Source: an uncultured Planctomycetota bacterium
GTDB lineage: Bacteria > Planctomycetota > Planctomycetia > Isosphaerales > Isosphaeraceae
Length of the DNA stretch: 64,000 nt
Direction: 5' to 3'
Assembly (NCBI GenBank): GCA_963845755.1
Contig: CAWJTV010000005.1
Coordinates: 160,001-224,000 of the forward strand
Shown here: positions 22,970-35,615 of the stretch, piece after piece
How the letters are laid out: each line of letters starts with the position of its first letter
Position numbering within the stretch: position 1 is the stretch's first letter
The notes under the pieces: generated by a model
Databases searched by the model: none
Told to the model about the DNA's origin: nothing
What the model saw: only the letters and a program-made list of their open reading frames with translations
Position numbers and translations under genes: made by a program

Positions 22970-24322
22970 ATGCCCGATCCCCGCGTCGAGGACTCGTCCG
23001 CGATACCGATGACGAGGCGCGAGGCGCTCGCCACGGTCCCCGCCGTCCTGGCCGCCGGAGCCGCTGTCGGTCGGGATGCGCCGTCCAAGGCCCCCCCACG
23101 CATCGCCGCGATCGTCACCGAGTACCGCAAGGGGTCGCACGCCCAGGGCATCGTCGATCGCTTTCTCGACGGTTACGGCTGGAACGGCCGGCACCATCGG
23201 CCGGGCGTGGAGATCGTCTCGCTCTATGTTGACCAGAAGCCCAGCAACGACCTGAGCGAAGAGGCGCGCGAAGCGCCACTCGGGGCTGAAGGTCTATCCG
23301 ACAATTGCGGCGACACTGACTCGCGGCGGAGATCGGCTGGCCGTTCACGGAGTGCTCGTGATCGGCGAGCACGGGCGATACCCGCGGAATGAGAAAGGAC
23401 AGCGTCTTTATCCGCGTTACGAGTTCTTTCAGAAGATCGTGGAGGTCTTCCGCCGCAGCGGCCGCAGCGTGCCGGTGTTCAACGACAAGCATCTCTCGTG
23501 GAACTGGGCGTGGGCCAAGGAGATGGTCGAGACGGCTCGGAGCTTCGGATTCCCGCTCATGGCGGGCTCATCGCTCCCTGTCACCTGGCGCCTCCCCGCC
23601 GTGGAGGTCCCGCACGGCGCGGCGGTCTCCGAGATTGTTTGCGTCGGTTACGGCGGGCTGGACAGCTACGACTTTCACGGACTGGAGACGCTCCAGTGCA
23701 TGGCCGAGCGCCGCAAAGGGGGCGAAGCCGGGGTTGTCGCGGTCCGCGCGCTGCGGGTGCGCCGGTGTGGCGGGCCCTGGCGACCGGTTCCTGGGAAGGC
23801 GGCGGCTGCGACCTCGAGCTCTTCGAAGCGTGCCTCTGCCGTAGCTTCCGGCTGAGTTCACCCCGGCCCGGATATGGCAACGCCTATCCGGAACTGGGTC
23901 AGATGCCGGCGCTCGCCCGCAACCCGGCGCTCTATCGCATCGAGTATGCCGATGGTTTAAGGGGGACCTTGTTGATGCTCTCGGGCTTGGTTCAGGACTT
24001 CACGGTCGCCCTGCGGGTCGCCGGTCAGGCCAGACCGCTCTCGACGCAGATGTACCTTCCGGGCCTCTCTCCGGGGCAGACGCTTCCGGATTTCTTCAAC
24101 CCTCTGTCCCGCCATATCGAAACCCTCTTCCTCACCGGAAAGGCGCCATACCCTGTCGAGCGTACCTTGTTGACGACCGGAATCCTCGCCACCGCCATGG
24201 ACTCGCTCCACCGCGGTCAGGAGCGGATCGAGACGCCCGACCTGCGCCGGGTCCGGTATGAGTCGCCTCCTGTGTTGACCTACTGGCAGATGGCGGAGGG
24301 CGGATCGCACGAGGGGAGTTGA
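22970..24322 (+). CDS. conserved hypothetical protein, Gfo/Idh/MocA-like; probable Tat signal; frameshifts near 23265 and 23755
   Basis: MTRREAL; SLYVDQ; IGEHGRYP; PVFNDKHLS; MAGSSLPVTWR; PYPVERTLLTTG. Confidence 0.7.
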
Positions 24323-24326
24323 TGCG

Positions 24327-25562
24327 ATGATTTTATCGAAGGCGAGACGGGAAACCGAGGTCGCACAGGCTCAAACTGAGCGGCCGAGGAAGAAGCTCGC
24401 GATCGTCACCAATGTCTGGCATTACCTGTCGCACGCGCAGCACATGGGTGATCGATTCCTGGTCGGCTACCCGTGGGAAGGTCGCTGGCACAAGCCCGCG
24501 ATTGACGTCGTGTCGCTTTATGTCGATCAGAAGCCGGCGAACGACCAGAGCGCGGAGCGGGCCAAGAGCTTCGGGTTCACGGTGTATCCGACGGTTGCCG
24601 AGGCCCTGCGGTGCGGGGGTGCGACGCTGGCGGTCGATGCGGTGCTGATCATCGGCGAGCACGGGAAATATCCCCGGAACGAGAAGGGGCAGATCCTCTA
24701 TCCCCGGTATGAGTTCTTCCGCGAGGCGGCCCAAGTGTTCGAGAAGGACGGTCGCGCGGTCCCGGTTTTCAACGACAAGCACCTGTCCTACAGCTTCGCC
24801 AAGGCCAAGGAGATGGTCGAAACCTCGCGCCGGCTGAGGTTCCCGTTCCTGGCCGGGTCATCGCTGCCTGTAACCTGGCGGCTGCCGCCTGTCGAGGTGC
24901 CGCTCGGCAGTATCATCGACGACGCCTTGATGGTCGGCGTTGGGGAGTCGGACCCGATGGACTTCCATGCACTCGAGGCCATGCAATGCATGATCGAGCG
25001 TCGAAAGGGGTGGGAGACGGGGGTCAAGGCCGTCCAGCTCGTCACTGGTGAGGCGGTCTGGAAGGCCGGCGACGAGGGCCGGTGGTCCCGCGACCTACTG
25101 GAAGCCGCGCTCTCGCGGTCCGACACCCTCCAGGGGTTGACCGTAACCGACGGGCGGACTCAGAACCTCGCGGCAGGTCATGAGCTCGTCCGACTCGTCC
25201 AGAGGCCGGCCGCCTACTTCATCGAGTACGTTGACGGCACCCGCGCGACCTTGCTCATGCTCAACGGGGCGCTCCGCGACTACAACTTCGCCGCGAGAGT
25301 CCGTGGCATGCCCGAACTCCTCTCGACCCAGTTCCTCCTTCCACCCAATCCCAACGTCGCCTATTCCGCGTGCCTCATGAACAAGGTCGAGGAGATGTTC
25401 GAATCGGGTCAGGCCCCCTACCCCGTCGAACGAACCCTCCTCGTCAGCGGCATCCTCGAAAGCTGTCTCGACTCGAAAGCTCAAGGCGGCCGCCGACTCG
25501 ACACCCCCCACCTGGACGTCCGCTATCGGCCTCCACGGATCTCCCAATTCGGTCAGGCCTGA
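24327..25562 (+). CDS. tandem paralog of the preceding gene (Gfo/Idh/MocA-like conserved protein)
   Basis: Intact 411-aa ORF with the same motifs: SLYVDQ, IGEHGKYP, PVFNDKHLS, AGSSLPVTWR, PYPVERTLL. Confidence 0.75.
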   Translation: MILSKARRETEVAQAQTERPRKKLAIVTNVWHYLSHAQHMGDRFLVGYPWEGRWHKPAIDVVSLYVDQKPANDQSAERAKSFGFTVYPTVAEALRCGGATLAVDAVLIIGEHGKYPRNEKGQILYPRYEFFREAAQVFEKDGRAVPVFNDKHLSYSFAKAKEMVETSRRLRFPFLAGSSLPVTWRLPPVEVPLGSIIDDALMVGVGESDPMDFHALEAMQCMIERRKGWETGVKAVQLVTGEAVWKAGDEGRWSRDLLEAALSRSDTLQGLTVTDGRTQNLAAGHELVRLVQRPAAYFIEYVDGTRATLLMLNGALRDYNFAARVRGMPELLSTQFLLPPNPNVAYSACLMNKVEEMFESGQAPYPVERTLLVSGILESCLDSKAQGGRRLDTPHLDVRYRPPRISQFGQA

Positions 25563-25592
25563 GCACCACGCCACGGAGATGGGGATCGGAGT

Positions 25593-25659
25593 TCGGGAGT
25601 CCGAGGCTCCGTCCGAGCCTGTTGCTAATGCCGGCTCGCACGGAGGCTCGCGCTCCCGA
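25593..25659. repeat. REP-like inverted repeat, 27-bp arms with 4 mismatches
   Basis: tcgggagtccgaggctccgtccgagcc ... ggctcgcacggaggctcgcgctcccga, just after a stop codon. Confidence 0.8.
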
Positions 25660-26025
25660 GGGAATTCCAGGTCGTTTCTCGGTCGTGCGGTACTGAGGGA
25701 CGGACCGTAAGATGAGGAGGAGAGATTCGTTCGCGACCGCGATGCGCCAATCAGGCGGGTTCATGCGTTGACCACAGGACGGAATGAGGGATTTCGCGCA
25801 AAGTGGCTCCTCGGAAACCATGATTTGACACGTCGGGCCTGCGACCTACACTAGCGATGTCAGCGGTTCCGATTGTGCCGTCTCGATTGGTAACGCCGGG
25901 AGTCATCCTTGAGAGGGCCTGGCGGATACCGAGTTGCCCAAGGTTTCAGAGACGTAACCGGAACGGCCCGGCTCTATGCCCCGTCGTTCCGCGCCAGTCC
26001 CAGAATTCCCGGCTCGGACCCACCG

Positions 26026-27010
26026 ATGCATACCATGGACGCGAAAGCCAACACGCATCTCTGCGACAGCCCCTTCAAAGATGCCCTGGGCGAGGAGCAG
26101 GCCGCACTCGCGCCGGCGGCCTTCCTGATCGTCCTCCGCGGCGGGATGCCGGGGACGATGCTCCGGGTCTCGGAGGAGGGCACAACGGTGGGGCGTTCGT
26201 CCGACAACACGTTTCAGTTCCATGACGTCACGATCTCGCGCGCGCCATGCGCTATTGCGGATTGAGTCCGGCGGTACCGTGTCAATGACGGACGAAGGGA
26301 GCACCAACGGTTCGTTCGTCAATGGGCAACGCGTCGAGCTGCGTCGTGCGATCCGTCTGGAACATGGGGACCGGATTCAACTCGGCACGGGCGTGATTTT
26401 GAAGCTCGTCCACCTCGACTCGTCCGACGAGCGGTTCCAGCATGAGATGTTCGAGCGGACGGTGCGCGACGCGATGACCGGCCTGTACAACCGAGCGTAT
26501 TTCCTCAATCAAGTCGGCGGGCTCGGGGCGCGGCACGAGACTCAGGGAAACGGCCTGGCGATCCTGATGATGGACGTGGACCATTTCAAGCGGATCAACG
26601 ACCGATATGGCCATATCGCCGGTGACTGTGTCTTGCGGGAGATCGCGCTGGTGATCCGGGAATCGACCCGGAGTGAGGACCTGGTGGCCCGGTACGGCGG
26701 CGAGGAGTTCGTGGTGGCGCTGCCGGTCTCCGCGCCGGACCTCGCGACCGAGCGGGCCGAGCGGATCCGGTCGGGCGTGGAAAGCCGGACGATCCGGGCT
26801 GGCCGCGAGGAGATCCATATCACGATCAGCGTCGGCCTGGCATTCGGCTCCCACGGACGTCCCCGGAACGACCTGGCCTTGATCGAGGCGGCCGACCAGG
26901 CCCTCTACCAGGCCAAGGCGGACGGACGAAATCGCGTCGTACTCGGCCGGTATCTCCATCCCGTCGAATTCCCCAAGACCCAATCGGCTGAGTTCGTTGC
27001 CACCCCGTAG
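26026..27010 (+). CDS. FHA-domain diguanylate cyclase (GGDEF), frameshift near 26245
   Basis: FHA motifs VGRS...ISRxHA...GSTNGSFVNG; DAMTGLYNR; DVDHFKRIND; RSED I-site followed by RYGGEEF. Confidence 0.92.
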
Positions 27011-27230
27011 CCGCTGTCTCGTCTGCGCGCTTCACGGGGCCTCTTCACGTCGAGTCGCGTTTCGAAGCCACCCGGGAAGATTGACGGAACACCAGTGGCC
27101 GGTGGCGAACGGGTCGTGTAATGTGAGGAAGCGTCGCTGGTCCACCGTCGTGCCCCTCGGGGACGAAGGATCGGGACGAGCCGCCCGTCACTCGACTCAA
27201 CGATTGGAATGATTCCCAAGGGAGGTTCCC

Positions 27231-28095
27231 GTGTCCGAATCGTCCGCCGCGCAGAGCGGCCTGGCGCCCTGGTCCGTCGGCGTCTGCAGTTGGAGCCTCC
27301 AGGTCAAGAGCGTCGCGGAGTTGAAAGGGTTCCTCGATCAGCTCGGGATCAACGTCGTGCAGATCGCGTGCGGCGACCCGCACCACGCGAGCTGGGAGGA
27401 AGGCGATGCTCTGCCGGCGGCCGCGCGGGCTTCGGGCATCGCAATGACCGGCGCCATGCTGGGCTTCCCCGGCGAGGACTACACAACGCCCCAGACCATC
27501 AAGGAGACCGGCGGATTCGGCAACCCGGCGACGCGCGTCGAGCGGATCGAGCGACTCCAGTGGGCACTCGACCGCACGATTGCCCTCGGCCTGAACGACC
27601 TCACGCTCCACGCCGGATTCCTGCCCGAGCACGACGACCCGGACCGCAAGGCGATGCTCGACACACTCGCCAAGGCGGCCCAGCTCGCCGCCGACAAAGG
27701 AATCACGCTCGCATTCGAGACTGGTCAGGAGACCGCCGATTTGCTGCGCCAGACGCTCGACGACCTGAAGTCGCCGAATCTCAAGGTCAACTTCGACCCG
27801 GCGAACATGATCCTCTACGACATGGGGGACCCGATCCGTGCCGTCGAGATCCTCGGTCCGGACATTCGATCCGTGCATTTGAAGGACGGGCGGCGGACCC
27901 GTGTCCGTGGTCAGTGGGGAGACGAAGTGCCCCTGGGTGAAGGGGAAGTCGGGTATCCCGAGGTTCCTTCAGGCATTGAAGAGCGTCGGCTACACGGGGC
28001 CCCTGGTGATCGAGCGCGAAGTCGGCGACCAGGCCGGTCGACTGCGGGATGTAGCCGTGGGGCTGGCGCGGGTCCGCGAATGGCTGGGCCGTTGA
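27231..28095 (+). CDS. sugar phosphate isomerase/epimerase (xylose isomerase-like TIM barrel), frameshift near 27950
   Basis: FETGQE, VNFDPANM, SVHLKD, GYTGPLVIERE motifs; GGAGG SD before GTG. Confidence 0.88.
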
Positions 28096-28166
28096 TTCCT
28101 GGTCCTCGGACCTGAGCCGAACCATCCTCGATTGCTTCACTCTCGGGTTGCGCAACAGATACCAAG

Positions 28167-28215
28167 CCGAAGCGTCAGCGAGGGGAATGTCGTCGGACAC
28201 TCGTTGACGCCTCGG
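28167..28215. repeat. REP-like inverted repeat, 16-bp arms
   Basis: ccgaagcgtcagcgag ... ctcgttgacgcctcgg, between convergent genes. Confidence 0.7.
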
Positions 28216-28468
28216 GTGAGTCGGGGTGTCCTTCATGTCGAGCTGTGCGCTATCCCTGCGTGAAGCGCTCTAACCCTTCCGCCTGACCGGTCCGGTCTCC
28301 ACGCTTTCCTGGATAATCCGCTCGCGCCAGAAGGCGGGGTCAGCGTTTGAGGAACGCTGCTGATTTGACGCCCAGCACTTCTCGTGGTCCCTGATGCACG
28401 TTCGCCTCAAGGGTCTGATGTCGATCGAACGATCGCCGGCAGCCGTCAACTCCGATCGAACGTCAGGC

Positions 28469-28909
28469 TTACTGGACTTGCGAAGTCCTTGGTCGATTCT
28501 TGGTAGGCTGAAGTTCCATGGTTCGTGTTGCCAGGCCGGCGGCGTGGGCCGTTGCGTAATCCGGATTCGACGAAGTTCTTCGCCTGGCGCGTTTGGGGCG
28601 ACCACGCGCGACCAGGGTGATTTCCTGCTCCGGTTCGACCGTGAACTCCTCTTCATAGATCATGAGTCGCTCTCGATGCAAGCGGAGGACATGCTTGCCG
28701 GCCTCCAGATCGCAGATCAACAACTTCTCGAAGGATTTGTACGGGTACTCCTGATTGTCGATAGTCAGGACGAGATCCTGTTGAGGGAGGAACACGATCG
28801 CTTTGCCATGCGACGCACTGCCGATGTGAGTGACGTGCCAGACGATCAGACAAAGCACGCAGAAGACGATCGCACGTTGCGCCAGGTTGGCGAGTAACCT
28901 CATAATCAT
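28469..28909 (-). CDS. hypothetical membrane-anchored protein with a small beta-rich (PEGA-like) domain
   Basis: GGGAG SD; N-terminal TM; LTIDNQ...LEAGKHVLRL...EEEFTVEP pattern. Confidence 0.6.
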   Translation of the reverse strand: MIMRLLANLAQRAIVFCVLCLIVWHVTHIGSASHGKAIVFLPQQDLVLTIDNQEYPYKSFEKLLICDLEAGKHVLRLHRERLMIYEEEFTVEPEQEITLVARGRPKRARRRTSSNPDYATAHAAGLATRTMELQPTKNRPRTSQVQ

Positions 28910-29370
28910 TTCGATCTCCCCCATGGAATCGGGCGGTGCGAGCGTCGCTCTGGCGGGACACCGTCCGAGATCAGTCGCCACGAACTGCCATCCACTTCGG
29001 CTCAAACGTGAGTTTGAGAGACCGGATGGACAGAGGGAAAAGCTCAGGTAGGATTGGAGGAAGGCGACGGGGAATGCAGAAAAGTCCGATCGGCTGGAAC
29101 ATCCCGTCTCCAAGGCTCCTGGTGATTATATGCCTGGATACACCACCGGGTTCAAGGCCGAGACACCCCGAATGACTTCGGATTCGCCGATCTCCTTGTG
29201 GCAACTGGATTTCGCGTCGGGCAATTCCTGGGGAACGGCGATGGTGACGACGACTTGACACCCGAGTCAATCCGCGTCTTCCCCTTGACTGAACCCTTCG
29301 TGGGTCGGGAGAATCCAGATTAGAGCGCTTAACTTTTGCATTGCGCACGCCCTGAGGCGCTGCGAATTCA

Positions 29371-29461
29371 CCCCCCCGAACCCCCCCTTGGCAAGGGGGG
29401 GACAGGAAACGGGCTTTTCCCGATCAATATCCCTCCCTTGCGAAGGGGGGGTTCGGGGGGG
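29371..29461. repeat. REP-like inverted repeat doublet, 31-bp arms
   Basis: cccccccgaacccccccttggcaaggggggg ... ccctcccttgcgaagggggggttcggggggg; 2 mismatches. Confidence 0.9.
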
Positions 29462-29578
29462 TTCTTCGGGAGCAGGCTTCACGTGTGGGCCACCCAACTG
29501 TGAGGCTCTAGGGACGCCTTCCTCATAGCAACGCTTGATCGTCTCGACGAATCCGACCCGACGAAGGACTGCCTGCCG

Positions 29579-30845
<1,267 letters not shown>

Positions 30846-30959
30846 TTCCGGTCGGTTCACCGGGAGCAGCCGGGTCCGCGGAGTGCTCCGTGAGCACATG
30901 GGTCGTGATGATCGACTGGCATTCCGGATCGGTGCTCGCCGAGCACCTTACATTCTCCC

Positions 30960-31787
30960 ATGAATCGCATTGATCGCCTTTTTTCCAGGCTGCGAACCGA
31001 GAAACGCCGCGCGTTCATGCCGTTCGTGACCGCCGGCGATCCCGACCTCTCCACGACCGGGATGCTCATCAGCGAGCTGGTGAGCCGGGTGGCGCATCTG
31101 ATCGAAGTGGGAATTCCCTATTCCGACCCGATCGCCGACGGTCCCGTGATCGCGGCGAGCTATCACCGTGCACTCGAGCGCGGGGTCAAGGTCGCTCATA
31201 TCTTCCAGACCATACGGACCCTACGCGCCGAGGGCTCGGCGCGTTTCAACGATGCGCCCATGGTCGCGATGGTCTCCTACGCGATCATCCACCGCATGGG
31301 TATCGAGCGCTTCCTCAACGACGCGGCGACCGCCGGGTTCGACGGGCTGATCGTCCCGGATTTACCCATCGAGGAATCGCTGTCGTTGATCGAGAAGGCG
31401 ACCCGGCGTAACCTCAAGCTGATCCAGCTCATCACGCCGACGACCCCGCGTGACCGAGCCGTCGCGATCGCGCGATCGACGACCGGCTTCATCTACTACG
31501 TCACGGTGGCCGGGATCACCGGCGAGCGGAAAACCCTCCCCTCCGAACTGGTGGAGACCGTCGGCTGGCTGCGGACCGAGACGGACCTCCCCATCTGCAT
31601 CGGTTTCGGAATTAGCGGACCCGATCAGGTGCGGCACCTGGCCCCGGTCGCGGACGGCCTCATCATCGGCAGTGCGATCGTACGTTGACTGGCCGAGGCG
31701 ATCAATCGGCCCCGTCCCGAGGTTGTCCGCGAGATCGGCCAGTTCGTGGGCGAACTGGCCAAGGTGCTGGAGAATACCGCACTCTGA
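30960..31787 (+). CDS. trpA: tryptophan synthase alpha chain, in-frame TGA at 31686-31688
   Basis: FVTAGDP, IPYSDPIADGPVI, IVPDLP, IGFGIS, ADGLIIGSAIV; the frame continues after TGA as LAEAINRPRPEVVREIGQFVGELAKVLENTAL. Confidence 0.95.
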
Positions 31788-31839
31788 CATCGGACCGGCC
31801 TCAACGATCGCGAACCGAAGACGTTGCCGACCGTTGGAC

Positions 31840-33033
31840 TCACTCGCGTGGAGGACCTGCTCTCGTCCGGTTCTTCGACTGGACCTGCATTTGAGGTGCG
31901 CCGGAATTCGATGGCGATTCGTGGATCGCGATGGGGATTTCCACCGGATTGGGGACCTCCTGCTTCTGGGCCAGAGCGACCGCCACGGAGATCGCCCTTC
32001 GGATCAGGCGAGCCGGGATATAGTGGCCGAGGGCCGCAAACTCGCCCGCCACGGCCAGCCTGAGGAGATTGTCTTCCGAGGTATACCCGGCCTGGATAAA
32101 GGGCCGCTCGACCGCGATTTCACTGGCTACGGAGTTGCTCCCCGTGGTGCTGGCGAAATCGAATGAGAACACCAGCGACGGCTTCGGATCCGCCTTGAGG
32201 CGCTCGGTCAGGAGTTTCCCCGCGACCTGGCTCTCCTGGGCGAAGCGGATCTCCTGGATCGAGGTCACTCCTGCCTCCTTGAGGGCATCGCGGACTGCCG
32301 CGATTCGGTCGGGAAGCAAGGCATCCCCCGCTGTATTGATCAGGAAAACTTCGCCTCCCTCGGGTTTGAGCTTGGCATTCTTGGCATTGCGGATCGAGGC
32401 GGTGACCAGGTGCCGGGCGGAAACGATGAACGGCGGAGGCGTCACGAGGATCGGGACTGGTCCGGTCGCAGCCCCCGGCGAGTCAGCGCCGCCGGACAAC
32501 GGGCGGCCCACCAGTACGACGGGCACTTTCGCGGTACGTGCTTCCTGAATGGCCAGGGCGAGGTCCTTGTCCGCAGGGTTGGCTGGCTCGACGATCACGA
32601 CCTGGGGACGCGGCTGCCGCGCGAGGGCCTCGCGAATCAGCGCGGCCTGACTCTTGGGCGTGGAGCCTGGCTTTCCCGAGCTTTCTGAGGCGACTTCCTC
32701 TGCCGGGATCGGGAGGTGGATTCGAGCCTTGTCGTAGCCGGCCTGGACCCTCGCCGAGTTGGCCTCCACATCGAGCTCGCTGCGATCCAGGTCGGGGTTC
32801 AGTATCACTTCGATACTTTTCACGCCCGACCCCGCGGACCCCAGCAAGTTGGGATTTGTCGGCGTGGATCCCGAAACCAAGCCCGGAGAATTGCCACGCT
32901 CGGCCGCCCTCAGCTCCGGCGGTGGCGGAGGCGCGAAGTCGACCGAGTCGCACCCGATCGAAGGAAGCCCCATCAGGGCGGCCGCGAGTCCAAACCACAC
33001 TCTGGAATTCGAAATCCGAAACCACAACGGCAT
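31840..33033 (-). CDS. lipoprotein with periplasmic sugar-binding (type I PBP) fold
   Basis: Lipobox-like PSIGC; VVIVEP...LAIQEARTAKVPVVLV pattern. Confidence 0.65.
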   Translation of the reverse strand: MPLWFRISNSRVWFGLAAALMGLPSIGCDSVDFAPPPPPELRAAERGNSPGLVSGSTPTNPNLLGSAGSGVKSIEVILNPDLDRSELDVEANSARVQAGYDKARIHLPIPAEEVASESSGKPGSTPKSQAALIREALARQPRPQVVIVEPANPADKDLALAIQEARTAKVPVVLVGRPLSGGADSPGAATGPVPILVTPPPFIVSARHLVTASIRNAKNAKLKPEGGEVFLINTAGDALLPDRIAAVRDALKEAGVTSIQEIRFAQESQVAGKLLTERLKADPKPSLVFSFDFASTTGSNSVASEIAVERPFIQAGYTSEDNLLRLAVAGEFAALGHYIPARLIRRAISVAVALAQKQEVPNPVEIPIAIHESPSNSGAPQMQVQSKNRTRAGPPRE

Positions 33034-33272
33034 GAAGATCTCCCTGGTGGCTACTGGCTAGTGGCGAGTGACTAGCAGGTCGTTTATAAGGATGATATGA
33101 CGTTCATTTCCGCTTGAGCCCGCCTCGCTTCAGAGCCGACGCTCCGAGGTCCCAAGCTTCCTCATCATACTCGCCCATCGCCCTTCGACACCAGTGAGCC
33201 GTCAACCCCTTGATGGACACGGTGGGGTGCGATCCTCATGAGGAAAAGGCCGGCTGAAGGTAACGCCAACCA

Positions 33273-35324
33273 CTAACGACGTCGCCCGGACCTGGTCTTG
33301 GCACGGGATCGGGCTCCCTCCGCCTGCGGGGTTGCGGCGGGACGTCGAGGACCGTCACCCTGGGACGAACGAAGCTCGAGGATCTTGTCCCGGAGGGCCG
33401 CGGCGCGTTCGAATTCTAGCTTTTCGGCCGCCTCGAGCATCTCGGCCTCGAGGGCGGTGAGGTACTCTTCGGTAGCGTCAGTGGCCTCGTCGCGGCCGGC
33501 GGCCTTGCGCACGATGGTCCTGGCCTGGATCTGCTCCTCGATGCCCCGACGGATCGCTTTCTTGATCGACTCGGGCGTGATGCCGTGCTCCTGGTTGTAG
33601 GCGAGTTGCAGGGTGCGCCGGCGGTTGGTCTCGTCGATGGTGCGCTGCATCGAGGCCGTGATCTTGTCGGCGTAAAGTACGACCTCGGCGTTGACGTGGC
33701 GGGCCGAGCGACCGATGGTCTGGATGAGCGAGGTCTCGCTGCGGAGGAAGCCCTCCTTGTCGGCGTCGAGGATACAAACCATCGACACCTCGGGCAGGTC
33801 GAGCCCCTCGCGCAGCAGGTTGACGCCCACGAGGGCATCGAAGGCCCCTTCGCGCAGCTCGCGGAGGATACTGACCCGCTCGAAGGCATCGAGCTCCGAG
33901 TGCAGCCACTTGCAGCGCAGGCCCTGCTCCTTGAGGTAGCGCGACAAATCCTCGGCCAGGCGTTTGGTGAGGGTCGTAATCAGGACCCGCTCGCTCCTGG
34001 CCGCTCGGGCCCTGATCTCGTTGAGGAGCGCCGGGACCTGCCCGCGCGCGGCTCCACGCGCACGATCGGGTTGACCAACCCCGTCGGCCGGATCACCTGC
34101 TCGACGACCTCGCCGCCGGACATCGCGACCTCGTAGTCGCCCGGCGTGGCCGAGACGTACAGCCGCCGCTCGAATTTCTTCTCCCACTCGTCGAACCGCA
34201 AGGGTCGGTTGTCCAGTGCACTGGGGAGCCGGAACCCGTGGTTCGACCAGCGTGCTCTTGCGGCTGAAGTCGCCGGCGAACATCCCCCGGATCTGTGGGA
34301 CGGTCACATGCGATTCGTCCAGGAAGATCAGGCTATCGGCGGGGAAGAAGTCGAGTAGCGTACTGGGGGTCTCACCCGGCTTGCGTCCCGAGAGGGGCCG
34401 GGAGTAATTCTCGATGCCCGAGCAATATCCGACCTCGAGGAGCATCTCCATGTCGTATCGGGTCCGAGCACCCAGTCGCTGGGCCTCCAGGAGTTTTCCT
34501 TGCTCCTTCAGTTCCTTGAGCCGCTGCTCCAGCTCCTCGTTGATGGCCTCCACGGCCCCCTTGATCCGCTCTTCGGGTAGGACGAAGTGCTTGGCCGGGT
34601 AGACGTACATCTCCTGGTGCGTCTCCAGGACGGAGCCGGAGACGGGCTCGATCGTCGCCAGCCGCTCGACCTCGTCGCCAAACAGCTCGATCCGGTAGCC
34701 GAACTCCTCATAAGCCGGCCAGAGCTCGACGACATCGCCGCGCACGCGGAATTTACCCCGTTCGAACGACACGTCATTCCGGTCGTACTGGATATCCACG
34801 AACTTCCGAAGCATCTCGTCGCGGTCGATCATATCTCCCAACTTAAGCCGAACCATCATCTTGCGGTAGTCGTCCGGCGAACCTAACCCGTAAATGCACG
34901 ACACGCTGGCCACGACAATCACATCGTCGCGACTGACCAGCGCGCTGGTGCAGGCCAGACGGAGGCGCTCGATCTCGTCGTTGATCGCGGCATCCTTCTC
35001 GATATAGATGTCGCGCTGAGGGATATACGCCTCGGGCTGGTAATAGTCGTAGTAGCTGACGAAGTATCGCACGGCGTTGTGCGGGAAGAAGTCCTTGAAT
35101 TCGGCATAGAGCTGGGCGGCCAGGGTCTTGTTGTGCGACATGACCAGCGCGGGACGCCCATACTGGGCGATCACGTTGGCCATGGTGAACGTCTTTCCAG
35201 AGCCGGTGACCCCCAATAGCGTTTGATTGGATCGCCCCTTGCTCAGTCCATCCACCAGGCTCTCGATCGCCTGAGGTTGATCGCCGGCCGGCGGGAACGG
35301 GCTCACAAGCTGGAATTTGGACAT
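33273..35324 (-). CDS. uvrB: excinuclease ABC subunit B, compensating frameshifts near 34240 and 34050
   Basis: [55 protein letters not shown]-terminal UVR motif [11 protein letters not shown]. Confidence 0.98.
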   Translation of the reverse strand: MSKFQLVSPFPPAGDQPQAIESLVDGLSKGRSNQTLLGVTGSGKTFTMANVIAQYGRPALVMSHNKTLAAQLYAEFKDFFPHNAVRYFVSYYDYYQPEAYIPQRDIYIEKDAAINDEIERLRLACTSALVSRDDVIVVASVSCIYGLGSPDDYRKMMVRLKLGDMIDRDEMLRKFVDIQYDRNDVSFERGKFRVRGDVVELWPAYEEFGYRIELFGDEVERLATIEPVSGSVLETHQEMYVYPAKHFVLPEERIKGAVEAINEELEQRLKELKEQGKLLEAQRLGARTRYDMEMLLEVGYCSGIENYSRPLSGRKPGETPSTLLDFFPADSLIFLDESHVTVPQIRGMFAGDFSRKSTLVEPRVPAPQCTGQPTLAVRRVGEEIRAAAVRLGHAGRLRGRDVRRRGRRAGDPADGVGQPDRARGAARGQVPALLNEIRARAARSERVLITTLTKRLAEDLSRYLKEQGLRCKWLHSELDAFERVSILRELREGAFDALVGVNLLREGLDLPEVSMVCILDADKEGFLRSETSLIQTIGRSARHVNAEVVLYADKITASMQRTIDETNRRRTLQLAYNQEHGITPESIKKAIRRGIEEQIQARTIVRKAAGRDEATDATEEYLTALEAEMLEAAEKLEFERAAALRDKILELRSSQGDGPRRPAATPQAEGARSRAKTRSGRRR

Positions 35325-35476
35325 GGATGAGAGATCCCGAATCGCGATGGGAGGCGTTGCAATCCCGTCATTATTCGTTTCCGACCCCCGGCTGCCAACT
35401 ACAATCGTGGGTGTCGTCTCTTGACCGGCTCGATCGACTCAATCAAGGTCACTGCACGCACGCATTCATGCCGAGT

Positions 35477-35615
35477 GTGGGTTTATTTCATGAGTCGGGG
35501 CCAGTTTGCTGGGTTCGTTCCTTGAGTTTCGGGGTCGCGCTGGCTTCGTTTCGCGAGATAGGGCTGGGCGGTTGGGTTCGTTCTTGGGGTTCGAGTGATC
35601 CTTTGGGTCCGTTCT
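35477..35615. repeat. array of five short direct repeats (TGGGTTCGTT-like) with 31-32 bp period
   Basis: Copies at 35478, 35510, 35541, 35573 and 35604. Confidence 0.75.

Noticed and set aside
31686..31688. Selenocysteine or alternative genetic code in trpA
   Set aside because: The position is not a catalytic Cys site, no SECIS-like hairpin was recognised, and TGA terminates many other genes here.
33045..33075. Short heptamer-like run tggctac/tggctag/tggcgag/tgactag
   Set aside because: Too short and degenerate to support a functional call.
35477..35615. Possible mini-CRISPR or NEPN-repeat protein
   Set aside because: The repeat is only ~10-12 bp and degenerate, and the 31-32 bp period breaks reading frame; kept as a DNA motif array instead.
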